Program-made: the position numbers and the translations under genes
Shown: positions 1 through 8,928 of the stretch, one piece after another
Layout of the letters: the number at the start of each line of letters is the position of its first letter
Position numbering within the stretch: the first letter of the stretch is position 1
Assembly: GCA_964577565.1 (NCBI GenBank)
Contig: CAZNZL010000001.1
Span: forward strand, 270,566 to 334,565
DNA length: 64,000 nt
Reading direction: 5' to 3'
Origin: an uncultured Candidatus Saccharibacteria bacterium
GTDB taxonomy: Bacteria; Patescibacteriota; Saccharimonadia; Saccharimonadales; JAGQNJ01
Notes under the pieces: model-generated
Databases searched by the model: none
What the model was told of the DNA's origin: nothing
Seen by the model: the letters and a program-made list of their open reading frames with translations, nothing else

Positions 1-438
1 GTTTACTGCATCCATTTGTTTTATTCGGCGTCTGCGCCGTTCAACATTTTCAAACGGTGTCTTAAGCCAAGTATCAATAATGTTCCGTGCTTTGTCAAAA
101 TGTAATTCTTTAGCGGGCAAACACAGAACATTTGCGTCATCATCGTTACGAGAAACGCGCGCCTGTTCATTACTCCATACCAAACTCGCACGTATGCCTT
201 TAAAACGATTAGCCGTCATGCAAATACCCTGTCCGCTACCACATAGTAAAATACCGACACTGTCGGGCGTAGACAAAACACTGGTGGCAACCTTTGCGGC
301 ATGGATCGGATAATCATCGCCTGGGTCGAACTCGTCGCCGCTTACATCAGTAACATCATGGCCACCTTGACGCAAATAAGATTCTATCTGCTCTTTAAGT
401 TGGTAACCATTATGGTCTGCCCCAATAAATATGTTCAT
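1..438 (-). CDS. rpiB: ribose-5-phosphate isomerase B (RpiB/LacAB family), C-terminus runs off window edge
   Basis: Own translation from ATG at 436-438 (minus): MNIFIGADHNGYQLKEQIESYLRQGGHDV...GILLCGSGQGICMTANRFKGIRASLV... No stop before position 1. The ATGA overlaps the stop of the upstream ORF. Absent from the ORF track because it is open at the edge. Confidence 0.85.
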   Translation of the reverse strand, partial: MNIFIGADHNGYQLKEQIESYLRQGGHDVTDVSGDEFDPGDDYPIHAAKVATSVLSTPDSVGILLCGSGQGICMTANRFKGIRASLVWSNEQARVSRNDDDANVLCLPAKELHFDKARNIIDTWLKTPFENVERRRRRIKQMDAVN

Positions 439-677
439 TTCTTAAATTCCCAGTAAAATGCACTGGCAATAAGCGGTATCCAACCCAAAAACCCATACAA
501 CACTACAAAACTAGCAATTACATTGACGACACCAATAATAGTATCTGTGTCCTTAAAAATCGACCTCATTATGAGTTGGAGCGCAATCGCCACCGGTATA
601 GCTGCAACCCATGTGATAAGTATGACAAAAAAAACTTTCCGTGCGTGGGCTTCTTGATGCTGTTTTTTTGTAGTCAT
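435..677 (-). CDS. small membrane protein, hypothetical
   Basis: 80-aa ORF with two hydrophobic helices. It sits between gap and rpiB and its stop overlaps the rpiB start. Confidence 0.5.
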   Translation of the reverse strand: MTTKKQHQEAHARKVFFVILITWVAAIPVAIALQLIMRSIFKDTDTIIGVVNVIASFVVLYGFLGWIPLIASAFYWEFKK

Positions 678-686
678 TGTTTACTC

Positions 687-1700
687 CTATTGATGCAATT
701 GTTTACCAATATCCGCAACTACTTCTACTAATCGATTACTATAACCCCATTCGTTGTCGTACCAAATAACTACTTTAACAAGATTGCCAGCCACAACATT
801 AGTTAGCAGCAAATCAATGATGCCGGAATGGCTATTGCCAATAAAATCACTACTTACCAACGGTTCATCACTGACATCAAGAACGCCTTGGTAAAATGGC
901 TCGGTGACAGCCTTCTTAAAGACATCGTTAATCTCGTCTTTAGTAACATTCTTTTTTAGCACCATTGTTACATCACTTAACGAAACCACCGGCGTTGGTA
1001 CCCGTACACTCATGCCATCAAATTTATTTTTAAGCTGTGGAACAGTAAGCGTAACAGCAATTGCCGCACCGGTAGTGGTTGGCACAATGTTTTCAGCAGC
1101 TGCTCGTGACTCGCGCATATCTTTCGCTGGACCATCTTGAAGCGCTTGGCTTGCCGTATAGCTATGAACGGTTGTGAGCATGGCTTTTTCAACTCCGAAT
1201 GCTTCATCCATAATTGACATAACAGCTGCTAACGAATTTGTAGTACAGCTTGCATTACTTATTACATCAGTAGACTTTTCTAGCTTTTCGTCATTGGCAC
1301 CCAGCACAATCGTGTCTGCATCTGGGCTTTTGGTCGGACCAGAGATTACCACACGCTTTGCGCCTGCTTTTATATGCATACGCGCATCTTCACTTTTAGT
1401 AAACCTACCTGTTGACTCTATTACAACATCTACGCCCAGTTCTTTCCATGGTAGGCTTTTTGGGTCCTTTTCGGCCGTAACAGGGATTTTATACCCTTCA
1501 ACAATGAGATTGCGTTCATCAGAGGACACCGTTTTATCGTAGGCGCCGTAGTTTGAATCATGTTTCAAAAGGTACGCTAGTGTATCAGTGTTGGTTAGGT
1601 CGTTGATAGCAACAATATCAATGTCAGACCGGTCAAAGGCAATTTTAAAAGCGTTGCGGCCAATGCGCCCAAACCCGTTAATCGCTACTTTTGTTTTCAT
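687..1700 (-). CDS. gap: glyceraldehyde-3-phosphate dehydrogenase
   Basis: N-terminal INGFGRIGR Rossmann motif, catalytic SCTTN, and WYDNEWGYS near the C-terminus. Confidence 0.95.
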   Translation of the reverse strand: MKTKVAINGFGRIGRNAFKIAFDRSDIDIVAINDLTNTDTLAYLLKHDSNYGAYDKTVSSDERNLIVEGYKIPVTAEKDPKSLPWKELGVDVVIESTGRFTKSEDARMHIKAGAKRVVISGPTKSPDADTIVLGANDEKLEKSTDVISNASCTTNSLAAVMSIMDEAFGVEKAMLTTVHSYTASQALQDGPAKDMRESRAAAENIVPTTTGAAIAVTLTVPQLKNKFDGMSVRVPTPVVSLSDVTMVLKKNVTKDEINDVFKKAVTEPFYQGVLDVSDEPLVSSDFIGNSHSGIIDLLLTNVVAGNLVKVVIWYDNEWGYSNRLVEVVADIGKQLHQ

Positions 1701-1822
1701 CCCGCTAGAAGTCCCCCTTTTTAAGAATTAATATGTTTATTACCATTACTGCTCTCCATACCTACTTCTAATGGGACTCATGTTTTACCCTCGCTTACGT
1801 TAAGGGTATTGTAGCATAAGCA

Positions 1823-2401
1823 CTACGGTCTTTCATTCTTAATTCTACTCAACTCTAAATGTAACTGATTGAATAGTTCGTTTGGCGTAGCATTATCAGA
1901 TGAAAGTAAAATATGAACCTTCTCTACCAAGTCTAAGCCATCATCATTAAGGCGCATATCTCTTTCGGCGGTACTCATATCGGGCGATCGTCTTGTAATC
2001 CGCTCTAATCGGATAGAATACGAACACGTTAATAAGACAGCCAGACAATTTTGTTTAAAATTTGCAGGAGCAATAAGTGCTTCGTCGCGGAGCATCGCAT
2101 TATTGCCCGAATATACTACGGTCTTACCGGTATTATGCACGGTCTCAAAGCCATACCGCTCAATTCCATGCACAAGTTGACGAGACCAATATATATTTAT
2201 CTTGCCGTTTTTTACTAAAGTATCGAACTCTTGTGCACTAACGTGATTATTTTCTCCTAAATCATCATTCTGACGAGAAGGCCGCGTTATATACCGCATC
2301 GGTACGATATATTCATTTTTTTGTTTCCGAAACTCATTTACTAACGATGTTTTGCCTGTAGCCGAAGAGCCAATAATAACAATGACTTTATGCGATTTCA
2401 T
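1823..2401 (-). CDS. P-loop kinase, guanylate kinase / PhnN (ribose 1,5-bisphosphokinase)-like
   Basis: Walker A GSSATGKTS, then RYITRPSR..GENNHVSAQEF...YWSR...YGF, which resembles the Gmk/PhnN family layout. Confidence 0.55.
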   Translation of the reverse strand: MKSHKVIVIIGSSATGKTSLVNEFRKQKNEYIVPMRYITRPSRQNDDLGENNHVSAQEFDTLVKNGKINIYWSRQLVHGIERYGFETVHNTGKTVVYSGNNAMLRDEALIAPANFKQNCLAVLLTCSYSIRLERITRRSPDMSTAERDMRLNDDGLDLVEKVHILLSSDNATPNELFNQLHLELSRIKNERP

Positions 2402-2404
2402 TAA

Positions 2405-2935
2405 TTATTGCTGTGTCCAGCGGGTTTGGCACTCCTTAATGGTTGCTTTTGCGTCGTCAACGCTGCCCCAACCTTGAACATTTGTGGTGCCAGGTTTTTT
2501 CAAATCTTTATAGTGATTAAAGTGATGTTCGACTTGCTTTTTCCACTGTTCGCTTACATCATCAAGCGACTGAATGGTATCGCCCCAATGCCGATCATCG
2601 CTTGGCACTACGACAATTTTATGATCCATCTCGCCATCGTCTTCAAAATTCATAACACCAATGACGCGTCCCTCAATGACCACACCAGTTGGTATCTCGT
2701 CATCACACAGAATCAACACGTCAAGTTCGTCGCCGTCTTCATCGAGCGTTTGCGGAATAAAGCCATAATTGCAAGGTTTTGCAAAAATACCTGGTTCAAC
2801 TCGATCAAGCACAAAAATTTTGCGCTTGCGATCCCATTCTACTTTTAATTTTGACCCACGCGGTATTTCATTAACCACATTAATAACGCCGTTTTCGACG
2901 TCGCCGGCATCAAGTAGTTGATTATAGTCAGACAC
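2405..2935 (-). CDS. ppa: inorganic pyrophosphatase (family I)
   Basis: EIPRGSKLKVEWD, YGFIPQTLDEDGDELDVLIL and HKIVVVP motifs typical of soluble PPase. Confidence 0.93.
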   Translation of the reverse strand: MSDYNQLLDAGDVENGVINVVNEIPRGSKLKVEWDRKRKIFVLDRVEPGIFAKPCNYGFIPQTLDEDGDELDVLILCDDEIPTGVVIEGRVIGVMNFEDDGEMDHKIVVVPSDDRHWGDTIQSLDDVSEQWKKQVEHHFNHYKDLKKPGTTNVQGWGSVDDAKATIKECQTRWTQQ

Positions 2936-3060
2936 TTCTTACTCCTTGTCATCTTATAGTGTAAACTAGAAGTAATTGTATCATGAATCCCGTTAGACTT
3001 AACGGAGTAACAAGATTATACTTTGATTGAACTAAACATGGAAAACAAAAGTCTATCGGG

Positions 3061-3732
3061 ATGAAAGTAATCGGACATCGTGGCGCTGGCGGTCTAGCCC
3101 TTGAAAACACACTCGAAAGTATTAAAGCGGGTGTTAGTGCTGGTTCAGATCTTATAGAAATTGATGTTCGTATGACCAAAGATCGAAAGCTCGTCTTATG
3201 CCACGAGGCAAACCTAAAAAAAGCGTACGGCGTTGACTTAACCATTGCGCACCATACCCTTAAAGAGCTGCGCATTCCATGCCCACATTTAGTTACACTT
3301 GATGAGGCGTTGCAGCACATACCAAACGGAGCTATCCTTGATATCAAAGAGTTTATTCAGCCAGAACGAATCTTTAAAATCACCAGCCAATTTCCTAACC
3401 TTGATATTCGTTTTGCATCGTTTAATCATCACGTACTTAAAGCAATCAAGAAACATTCGCCGACAGCTTTTTGTTACGCGCTTGAACACCACAGCCCGTT
3501 CGACATTATTAATAGCGCCAGCAAGCTCAAGGCTGATGGCATTGGCATTCACTATGCTATTTTAAACCCCTTAACGTACTTTTTAGCACGGCGCAAGAAT
3601 TTAAGCATATACGTGTATTGGCTCGATAGTGAATGGATTGCTCGCCTCTACAGCATGTTATATAAAGATATAGATATTTGTACCGATTATCCGCAGCTGA
3701 TGACTAAAGTTAGAGACAACCATGAGGGCTAA
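3061..3732 (+). CDS. glycerophosphodiester phosphodiesterase family protein
   Basis: N-terminal IGHRGAGGLALENTLESI...IEIDVRMTKDRKLVLCHE is the GDPD signature. Confidence 0.85.
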   Translation: MKVIGHRGAGGLALENTLESIKAGVSAGSDLIEIDVRMTKDRKLVLCHEANLKKAYGVDLTIAHHTLKELRIPCPHLVTLDEALQHIPNGAILDIKEFIQPERIFKITSQFPNLDIRFASFNHHVLKAIKKHSPTAFCYALEHHSPFDIINSASKLKADGIGIHYAILNPLTYFLARRKNLSIYVYWLDSEWIARLYSMLYKDIDICTDYPQLMTKVRDNHEG

Positions 3733-4420
3733 GTTAAAACGCATCGAACAGCTTGCTCCAAACATAAAGACGTTTTGGTTTAGGCCTGAAAAGCCCGTCA
3801 ATAATGTACCAGGGCAATTTACCGAGCTTTACTTGCCACACGATAACCCTGATGCTCGTGGCCAAAGGCGTTGGTTTACCGTTTTTTCATCGCCAACTGA
3901 AGAGCTCATGGCCATAACTACCAAATTTTCAAATCCAAGCTCTACCTACATGACAGCGCTGCAAGCCTTGAAACCTGGCACCACCCTACACTTTGCCGAG
4001 CCAATGGGTGATTTTATCCTACCCAAAGACAAAACATTGCCGCTTGTCTTCATTGCGGCTGGGATTGGCATCACCCCATTTCGAAGCATTACAAAATGGC
4101 TCTCAGACACGGGCGAACAGCGCAACATAACGCTCATATATGCCGAGTCAACGCCTGATAAATTTATCGAGACAGGCCTCTTTAACGCTCGCCTTACACA
4201 CACCCATTGTGTTGTGTCGCAGCCGACTGCAGACTGGTCAGGGCTCAAGGGTCGTCTTTCAGCCGACCTCATCCTCTCATTAGCAAAACCACAAACCCAA
4301 ACGCTTTTTTATTTGTCTGGGCCAGAAATTTTAGTAGAGAAGTTAACCAACGATTTACGCCAAACAGTACCGCCGCACCATGTTATTACCGATTTCTTTC
4401 CTGGCTACGCAGAAATATAA
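3722..4420 (+). CDS. FAD/NAD(P)-binding oxidoreductase (ferredoxin-NADP reductase-like)
   Basis: RRWFTVFSSP (RxYS-type FAD motif), GIGITPF NAD-binding motif and a C-terminal LSGP motif. Overlaps the upstream gene by 11 nt. Confidence 0.75.
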   Translation: MRAKLKRIEQLAPNIKTFWFRPEKPVNNVPGQFTELYLPHDNPDARGQRRWFTVFSSPTEELMAITTKFSNPSSTYMTALQALKPGTTLHFAEPMGDFILPKDKTLPLVFIAAGIGITPFRSITKWLSDTGEQRNITLIYAESTPDKFIETGLFNARLTHTHCVVSQPTADWSGLKGRLSADLILSLAKPQTQTLFYLSGPEILVEKLTNDLRQTVPPHHVITDFFPGYAEI

Positions 4421-4604
4421 TTTTCACACTACACGTGAAAACGCTATATATAGCGTACCTACACCATATATAGCGTGGTTTACTAATCCTGTACTGCACA
4501 CCCCTACTGAAGCATCTACCCTTGATTCTAACTTTCTTAAGAATGTTAGAATATGACAAAACGTATGATGTCACTTTTTGTTATGAGGCGGCCAAGAAAA
4601 TTAG

Positions 4605-5528
4605 TTATTTTTCTTCCAAATATTCGCGGATGCGCAAAGCCGCGGTGGCACCTTCGCCAACTGCGCTGGCAATTTGCATAGTAGCGCCGCTGCGTACATC
4701 ACCGGCCGCAAACACACCCTTCATATTCGTATGTAAATGTTCGTCGGTTTTAATAAGACCAACCTCGTCTAGTTCTAGGGCACCGTTCAAAAAACCCGTG
4801 TTTGGCAGTAAGCCCACAAATACAAACACGCCGTCGGTCGGAAACTCTACCTTTTTACCATTCTTTGTACCAATAACTTTCGTAACGTTGCCGTCCTCGC
4901 CAACGATTTCATCAGTTGTCGTACCGAGATGTATAGTGATTTTGTCGTTTTTCTCAAGTTCTTTAACTAACACATCAGAAGCCCTAAATTTACTCCGAAC
5001 CAACATGTCGATGTGGCTCGCAAATTTAGTTAAAAAGAGTGCTTCTTGAGCAGCCGAGTTGCCACCACCAACCACCACCAGGCGCTTGTCACGATAAAAG
5101 GCACCGTCGCAAGTTGCACAATAGTGTACGCCGCGCGCGTAAAATTCTGCCTCGCCCGGCACGCCAATTTTCTTATAATCACTACCGGTTGCAATTAAGA
5201 CGGCTTTAGCAAAAAGTGGACCATCAGTTGTTTCGACTTTTTTTGTGCCATCATTTTCTACACTAATGCTTAATACTTCGCCCACACGAATATCGGCGCC
5301 AAAACGCTCAGCCTGTTGCCGCAAGTCTTCAGCTAAATCCAACCCCGCTAACCCCTTTGGAAAGCCAGGGTAATTATCTACCCAGTCGGTTATCGCAGCC
5401 AAACCACCAATAACACCTTTTTCATATAAAACGGTGTCTATGTCTTCTCTAGTCGTGTATATTGCCGCGCTCAAAGCAGCTGGCCCAGCGCCCACCATTA
5501 TTACATCGTGTGTTTCTTTATCCGCCAT
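4605..5528 (-). CDS. trxB: thioredoxin-disulfide reductase
   Basis: GAGPAA FAD motif, redox-active CATCDG, GGGNSA NADPH motif. I prefer the start at 5528 (MADKETHD) because it follows GGAAGGAA. The ORF track extends to 5567. Confidence 0.92.
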   Translation of the reverse strand: MADKETHDVIMVGAGPAALSAAIYTTREDIDTVLYEKGVIGGLAAITDWVDNYPGFPKGLAGLDLAEDLRQQAERFGADIRVGEVLSISVENDGTKKVETTDGPLFAKAVLIATGSDYKKIGVPGEAEFYARGVHYCATCDGAFYRDKRLVVVGGGNSAAQEALFLTKFASHIDMLVRSKFRASDVLVKELEKNDKITIHLGTTTDEIVGEDGNVTKVIGTKNGKKVEFPTDGVFVFVGLLPNTGFLNGALELDEVGLIKTDEHLHTNMKGVFAAGDVRSGATMQIASAVGEGATAALRIREYLEEK

Positions 5529-5713
5529 AGTTCCTTCCAATTTATTATGCAGTTTCACCCAAGCCAATGCAAACGGGGATTTATCATTTCTTAGTAAGGT
5601 TTACAGTGATGCGGTGCAAGGAAAAATTGAGTACCGTTGTGAATCGTATTTGCTATACGATGAACAAGGCACGGAGATTGTGACATAGCACCGCACGCTG
5701 TAAAACTTACGAT

Positions 5714-5962
5714 TTACGCCAAAGCAGGAGCAAGCTTGGCTAAATTGTAGCCTACAACCACCTCTTTACTATCGTCTTCTTTAGTAACAACCGTAACGGG
5801 CACCGTTAAAGCACCGCTTAGCTCAAGCGCTTCTTTTTGGCGGGCTGGTTCTTGATCAAGGTTTACTTCTTCGTAATTTTGCCCCTTAGCGGTAAGAAAC
5901 CTCTTGACCATAGAACAATACCCACAAGTATTAGTCGTATAAATTGTAATGTTTTTTGCCAT
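5714..5962 (-). CDS. glutaredoxin-like / NrdH-like small redoxin
   Basis: 82 aa with the CGYC active site in a thioredoxin-fold context (ITIYTTNTCGYCSMVKRFL). Confidence 0.85.
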   Translation of the reverse strand: MAKNITIYTTNTCGYCSMVKRFLTAKGQNYEEVNLDQEPARQKEALELSGALTVPVTVVTKEDDSKEVVVGYNLAKLAPALA

Positions 5963-6131
5963 AGTTACCCTCCTTTGGCGACCATCACACGCTTCTTGTA
6001 CCTCACAAAACCAAGAAGTTACCCTTATGGTATGTGGTCTTTTTATGACTTTTTATTTGAATTTTTTGGGTCCATATTCATTATATATAGCGCTTACGAT
6101 TAAATCAAGACGCTATATGTTGTGTTTTTTG

Positions 6132-6668
6132 CTATTTTACCTCTTGTAGTTCAATATCAAACACGAGGTCAGCATTAGCAGGAATATCTTCAGACGGTGA
6201 TTGCTCGCCGTAGGCTTTCGCAGCTGGTATAATCAAGCGTCGTTTGCCGCCTTCTTTCATCCCGGGTACGCCTTCTTTCCAACCGGCAATAACTTGGTCA
6301 AGCGAAAACTCTGGTGGTTCGCCCCCCAATGAGCTTTGAAAGATTGTACCGTCTTTCGCCAATGCACCGGTATAATGTGCGACCACAGTTGACGACGCAG
6401 TGGCTTCTTTACCGCTGCCAACTTGAATATCTTCAATTTTAAGTTCTGCTACGTTTTCTACGGGTGTAAAGTTGTCTAGTTTTTTACCTCTCAATGGATC
6501 CTCCTGTGGTGTATCTTGTTGCTGTTGAGCAGTGTCTGTGCTTTTATTTTTGGCTTCCTTATTTTCTTGGTACATTTGCCAGATAACAAAACCACTAAAA
6601 CCTACCGTGGTGATAGTAAACAGTATTGCCAAGCTGAGGGCAAACGCACGTTGCGTTGATTTTGCCAT
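6132..6668 (-). CDS. FKBP-type peptidyl-prolyl cis-trans isomerase, N-terminally membrane anchored
   Basis: C-terminal FKBP domain (VAHYTG...DGTIFQSS...VIAGWKEGVPGMKEGGKRRLIIP...LVFDIELQEV) after one TM helix. Confidence 0.9.
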   Translation of the reverse strand: MAKSTQRAFALSLAILFTITTVGFSGFVIWQMYQENKEAKNKSTDTAQQQQDTPQEDPLRGKKLDNFTPVENVAELKIEDIQVGSGKEATASSTVVAHYTGALAKDGTIFQSSLGGEPPEFSLDQVIAGWKEGVPGMKEGGKRRLIIPAAKAYGEQSPSEDIPANADLVFDIELQEVK

Positions 6669-6755
6669 GTAACTCCCCTTTATTAATCTCGTATATAAAG
6701 TATATCGTACCGCTATAGTATTTCATTGCGATTTGAGCAGTAATTTTTACGTCAG

Positions 6756-8522
6756 TTAGGCTTTAATCTCAAATTGGCGGAGTTTCTTTTGCGTTGTTTC
6801 GGTCTTACCGCTTTGCAGTTTTAATAATTGAGCGTAGATGCCTTTTGTGCGAGCTAATTGCCGTGGCGAGCCCATTTCATCTACTGTGCCGTTTTTTAGC
6901 GTAACAATTTGATCAACATTTTGAATCGTACTAAGCCGGTGAGCAATGATTAGGGTTGTACGGCCGTGCATGAGCCGCTCGAGCGCGTCTTGAACCATAT
7001 GCTCACTTTTACTGTCTAAACTACTGGTTGCTTCGTCTAAAATTAAGATCGGCGCATCTTTTAAGAGAGCCCGGGCAATGGCAATGCGCTGTTTTTGCCC
7101 ACCACTTAGTTTAAGGCCGCGTTCGCCAATTTCTGTATCGTAACCTTTTTCAAATTTGCTAATAAACTCGTGTGCATTCGCGGCTTTAGCGGCGTTAATA
7201 ATATCTGCTTCATTGGCGCTTGGTTGAGCATACGCAATGTTTTCTTTTATGGTGCCGCTAAATAATGCCGGCTCTTGAAAGACAACACCAATGTTGGCGC
7301 GTAAGCTTGCTTGTGTTACTCCAGCAATATCTTGTTTGTCAATCATGATGGTGCCGGCTTGCGGCTCATACAACCGCATCAGCAGATTAGTGATGGTAGT
7401 TTTGCCTTCGCCGCTCTCCCCAACGAGCGCTACCTTCGAGTCAGGTTTGATAACAAAGCTCATGTTGTTTAAGACCTTGGTGTCATCATATGCAAAGCTT
7501 ACGTTTTCAAAGCGAATTTCACCTTTACGAACGCGCAGTTTTTTAGCTTGTGGCTTGTCAGATATACTAGGCACTGTTTCCATGACCGCAAAATAATCTT
7601 TACTGTCAGAAATCGCACGTTGTGTATTGTCCACCAAAAAGCTAATGGTAAAGATAGGAATACGAATCTGCATGGCATACAGAATAAGCGTAACTGCTTG
7701 CCCGGGTGTAAATTGACCGTGATAGGCTTGGTAAAAAATAAGTGCATACACTGCCAAAAATATAACATTGAGTATAAATCGACGCTGTATATCGCGCGTA
7801 TGCCATAGTTTTGATTGGGGTCGCGTTATTCCAATCATTTTTAAAAAGTATTTATCTAAGAAGTTGAGCTCGCGCTTTTCTTGATTAAAACTTTTTACAA
7901 CCTTTATTTGCCCAATACTTTCCGTAAAACGACCACTTGCGATATCCCAGTTGTGATTATACTTGGCTTGGTAGTCCATCCATTTACCACTCGTTTTAAT
8001 CGTCATGAGTATATAAATTGGGTACAACAGAAAAAGTAGAATCGCGATCTGCCAGCTAAAGTACGCGATAATTGCCAGCGCAAAAATAGTACTAAAGACA
8101 AACTGTAAAAAGTTATTGCTCCACATTTGCATAAAGCTACCTAACTGGCCGATAGAGCGATTCAAGCGATTGATAATTTTGCCTGATAGCTCAGTGTCAA
8201 AGTATTGCTGCGGCAAACTTAAAATATGCTCGTAATAACGAACGCTCAAAATACGCTGTAGTTTGGTGGACATCAAATCGCCCCAATAGCCTGAGATATT
8301 TGAAACCATGGTAACACCAAAATCCAGCACAAAAATACCAACTGCAATCCATAACAGTGTCGATAAATTGCCGCTGCCTTCGCGAAGCAGGTCAATGGCT
8401 CGACCAGAGAGCAACGGAGTGAGCAAGCCCATAATGGCAATTAAAATACTAAATAAACTTATGCCGAGGTAGTACCGCCACAAACTAGACGTAAATCGTA
8501 AAATCTTCCAGATATGCTTCAT
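6756..8522 (-). CDS. ABC exporter, fused permease/ATPase (MsbA-like)
   Basis: Six-TM N-terminal half, Walker A GESGEGKTT, signature LSGGQKQR, Walker B ILILDEATS. Confidence 0.9.
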   Translation of the reverse strand: MKHIWKILRFTSSLWRYYLGISLFSILIAIMGLLTPLLSGRAIDLLREGSGNLSTLLWIAVGIFVLDFGVTMVSNISGYWGDLMSTKLQRILSVRYYEHILSLPQQYFDTELSGKIINRLNRSIGQLGSFMQMWSNNFLQFVFSTIFALAIIAYFSWQIAILLFLLYPIYILMTIKTSGKWMDYQAKYNHNWDIASGRFTESIGQIKVVKSFNQEKRELNFLDKYFLKMIGITRPQSKLWHTRDIQRRFILNVIFLAVYALIFYQAYHGQFTPGQAVTLILYAMQIRIPIFTISFLVDNTQRAISDSKDYFAVMETVPSISDKPQAKKLRVRKGEIRFENVSFAYDDTKVLNNMSFVIKPDSKVALVGESGEGKTTITNLLMRLYEPQAGTIMIDKQDIAGVTQASLRANIGVVFQEPALFSGTIKENIAYAQPSANEADIINAAKAANAHEFISKFEKGYDTEIGERGLKLSGGQKQRIAIARALLKDAPILILDEATSSLDSKSEHMVQDALERLMHGRTTLIIAHRLSTIQNVDQIVTLKNGTVDEMGSPRQLARTKGIYAQLLKLQSGKTETTQKKLRQFEIKA

Positions 8523-8608
8523 TTATTTTAAGTATAAACTATGCGTTTACTTATGATAGAAAAAAGTGACAAGTGTAGATATGAAAAAGGAGGGTTTATT
8601 GACGGAGT

Positions 8609-8674
8609 AAAAAATTGATGAAGGGTGCCGCAAAGCTTTGACGACTTCTCGACCTTACGGCACCCCTCTATCAA
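8609..8674 (-). terminator. putative intrinsic terminator after the mini-ORF
   Basis: Minus strand: TTGAT..GGGTGCCG-(27 nt)-CGGCACCC..ATCAA, immediately followed by TTTTTT (8609-8614). The large loop makes it atypical. Confidence 0.45.
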
Positions 8675-8800
8675 TCACCGCTTCTCGCCGGATCCCCCGC
8701 AACTGCGACAGGTCGAGCCCTTGCTTGTGGCATTCCAAAAGCTGTGCTCACGTCCGGTGCCCTTGCAGCTTTCGCATTTCTCGCGGTTTGCCAATTTCAT
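8675..8800 (-). CDS. 41-aa zinc-ribbon mini-protein with two DnaJ-type CxxCxGxG motifs (cargo of E3)
   Basis: Own translation: MKLANREKCESCKGTGREHSFWNATSKGSTCRSCGGSGEKR*. Preceded by AAGGGGGTG and followed directly by a hairpin plus U6. Below the size cutoff of the ORF track. Confidence 0.5.
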   Translation of the reverse strand: MKLANREKCESCKGTGREHSFWNATSKGSTCRSCGGSGEKR

Positions 8801-8928
8801 CACCCCCTTACCTGAGTCTCGGTCAAAATAGAATTAAGAATATGGTGCAATCTAGCAAACGCGAAGTAGTCTTCGATCTACACTTGTCAATGTGCGCATA
8901 TGGGAGCAAGCTCAACCATAGCTTCAAC

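Noticed and set aside
904-1542. Numerous antisense or out-of-frame ORFs inside long genes, for example 904..1140 and 1174..1542 within gap. Many more lie within leuS, ligA, pheT and the ABC genes.
   Set aside because: Each lies entirely within a confidently identified gene on the other strand or in another frame, and each has a low-complexity translation.
3689-3715. CTGATGA inside the GDPD gene, considered as a possible hammerhead core.
   Set aside because: It has no viable stem II (a 2-nt loop), no GAAA element and no stems I or III. It is a coincidental heptamer in coding sequence.
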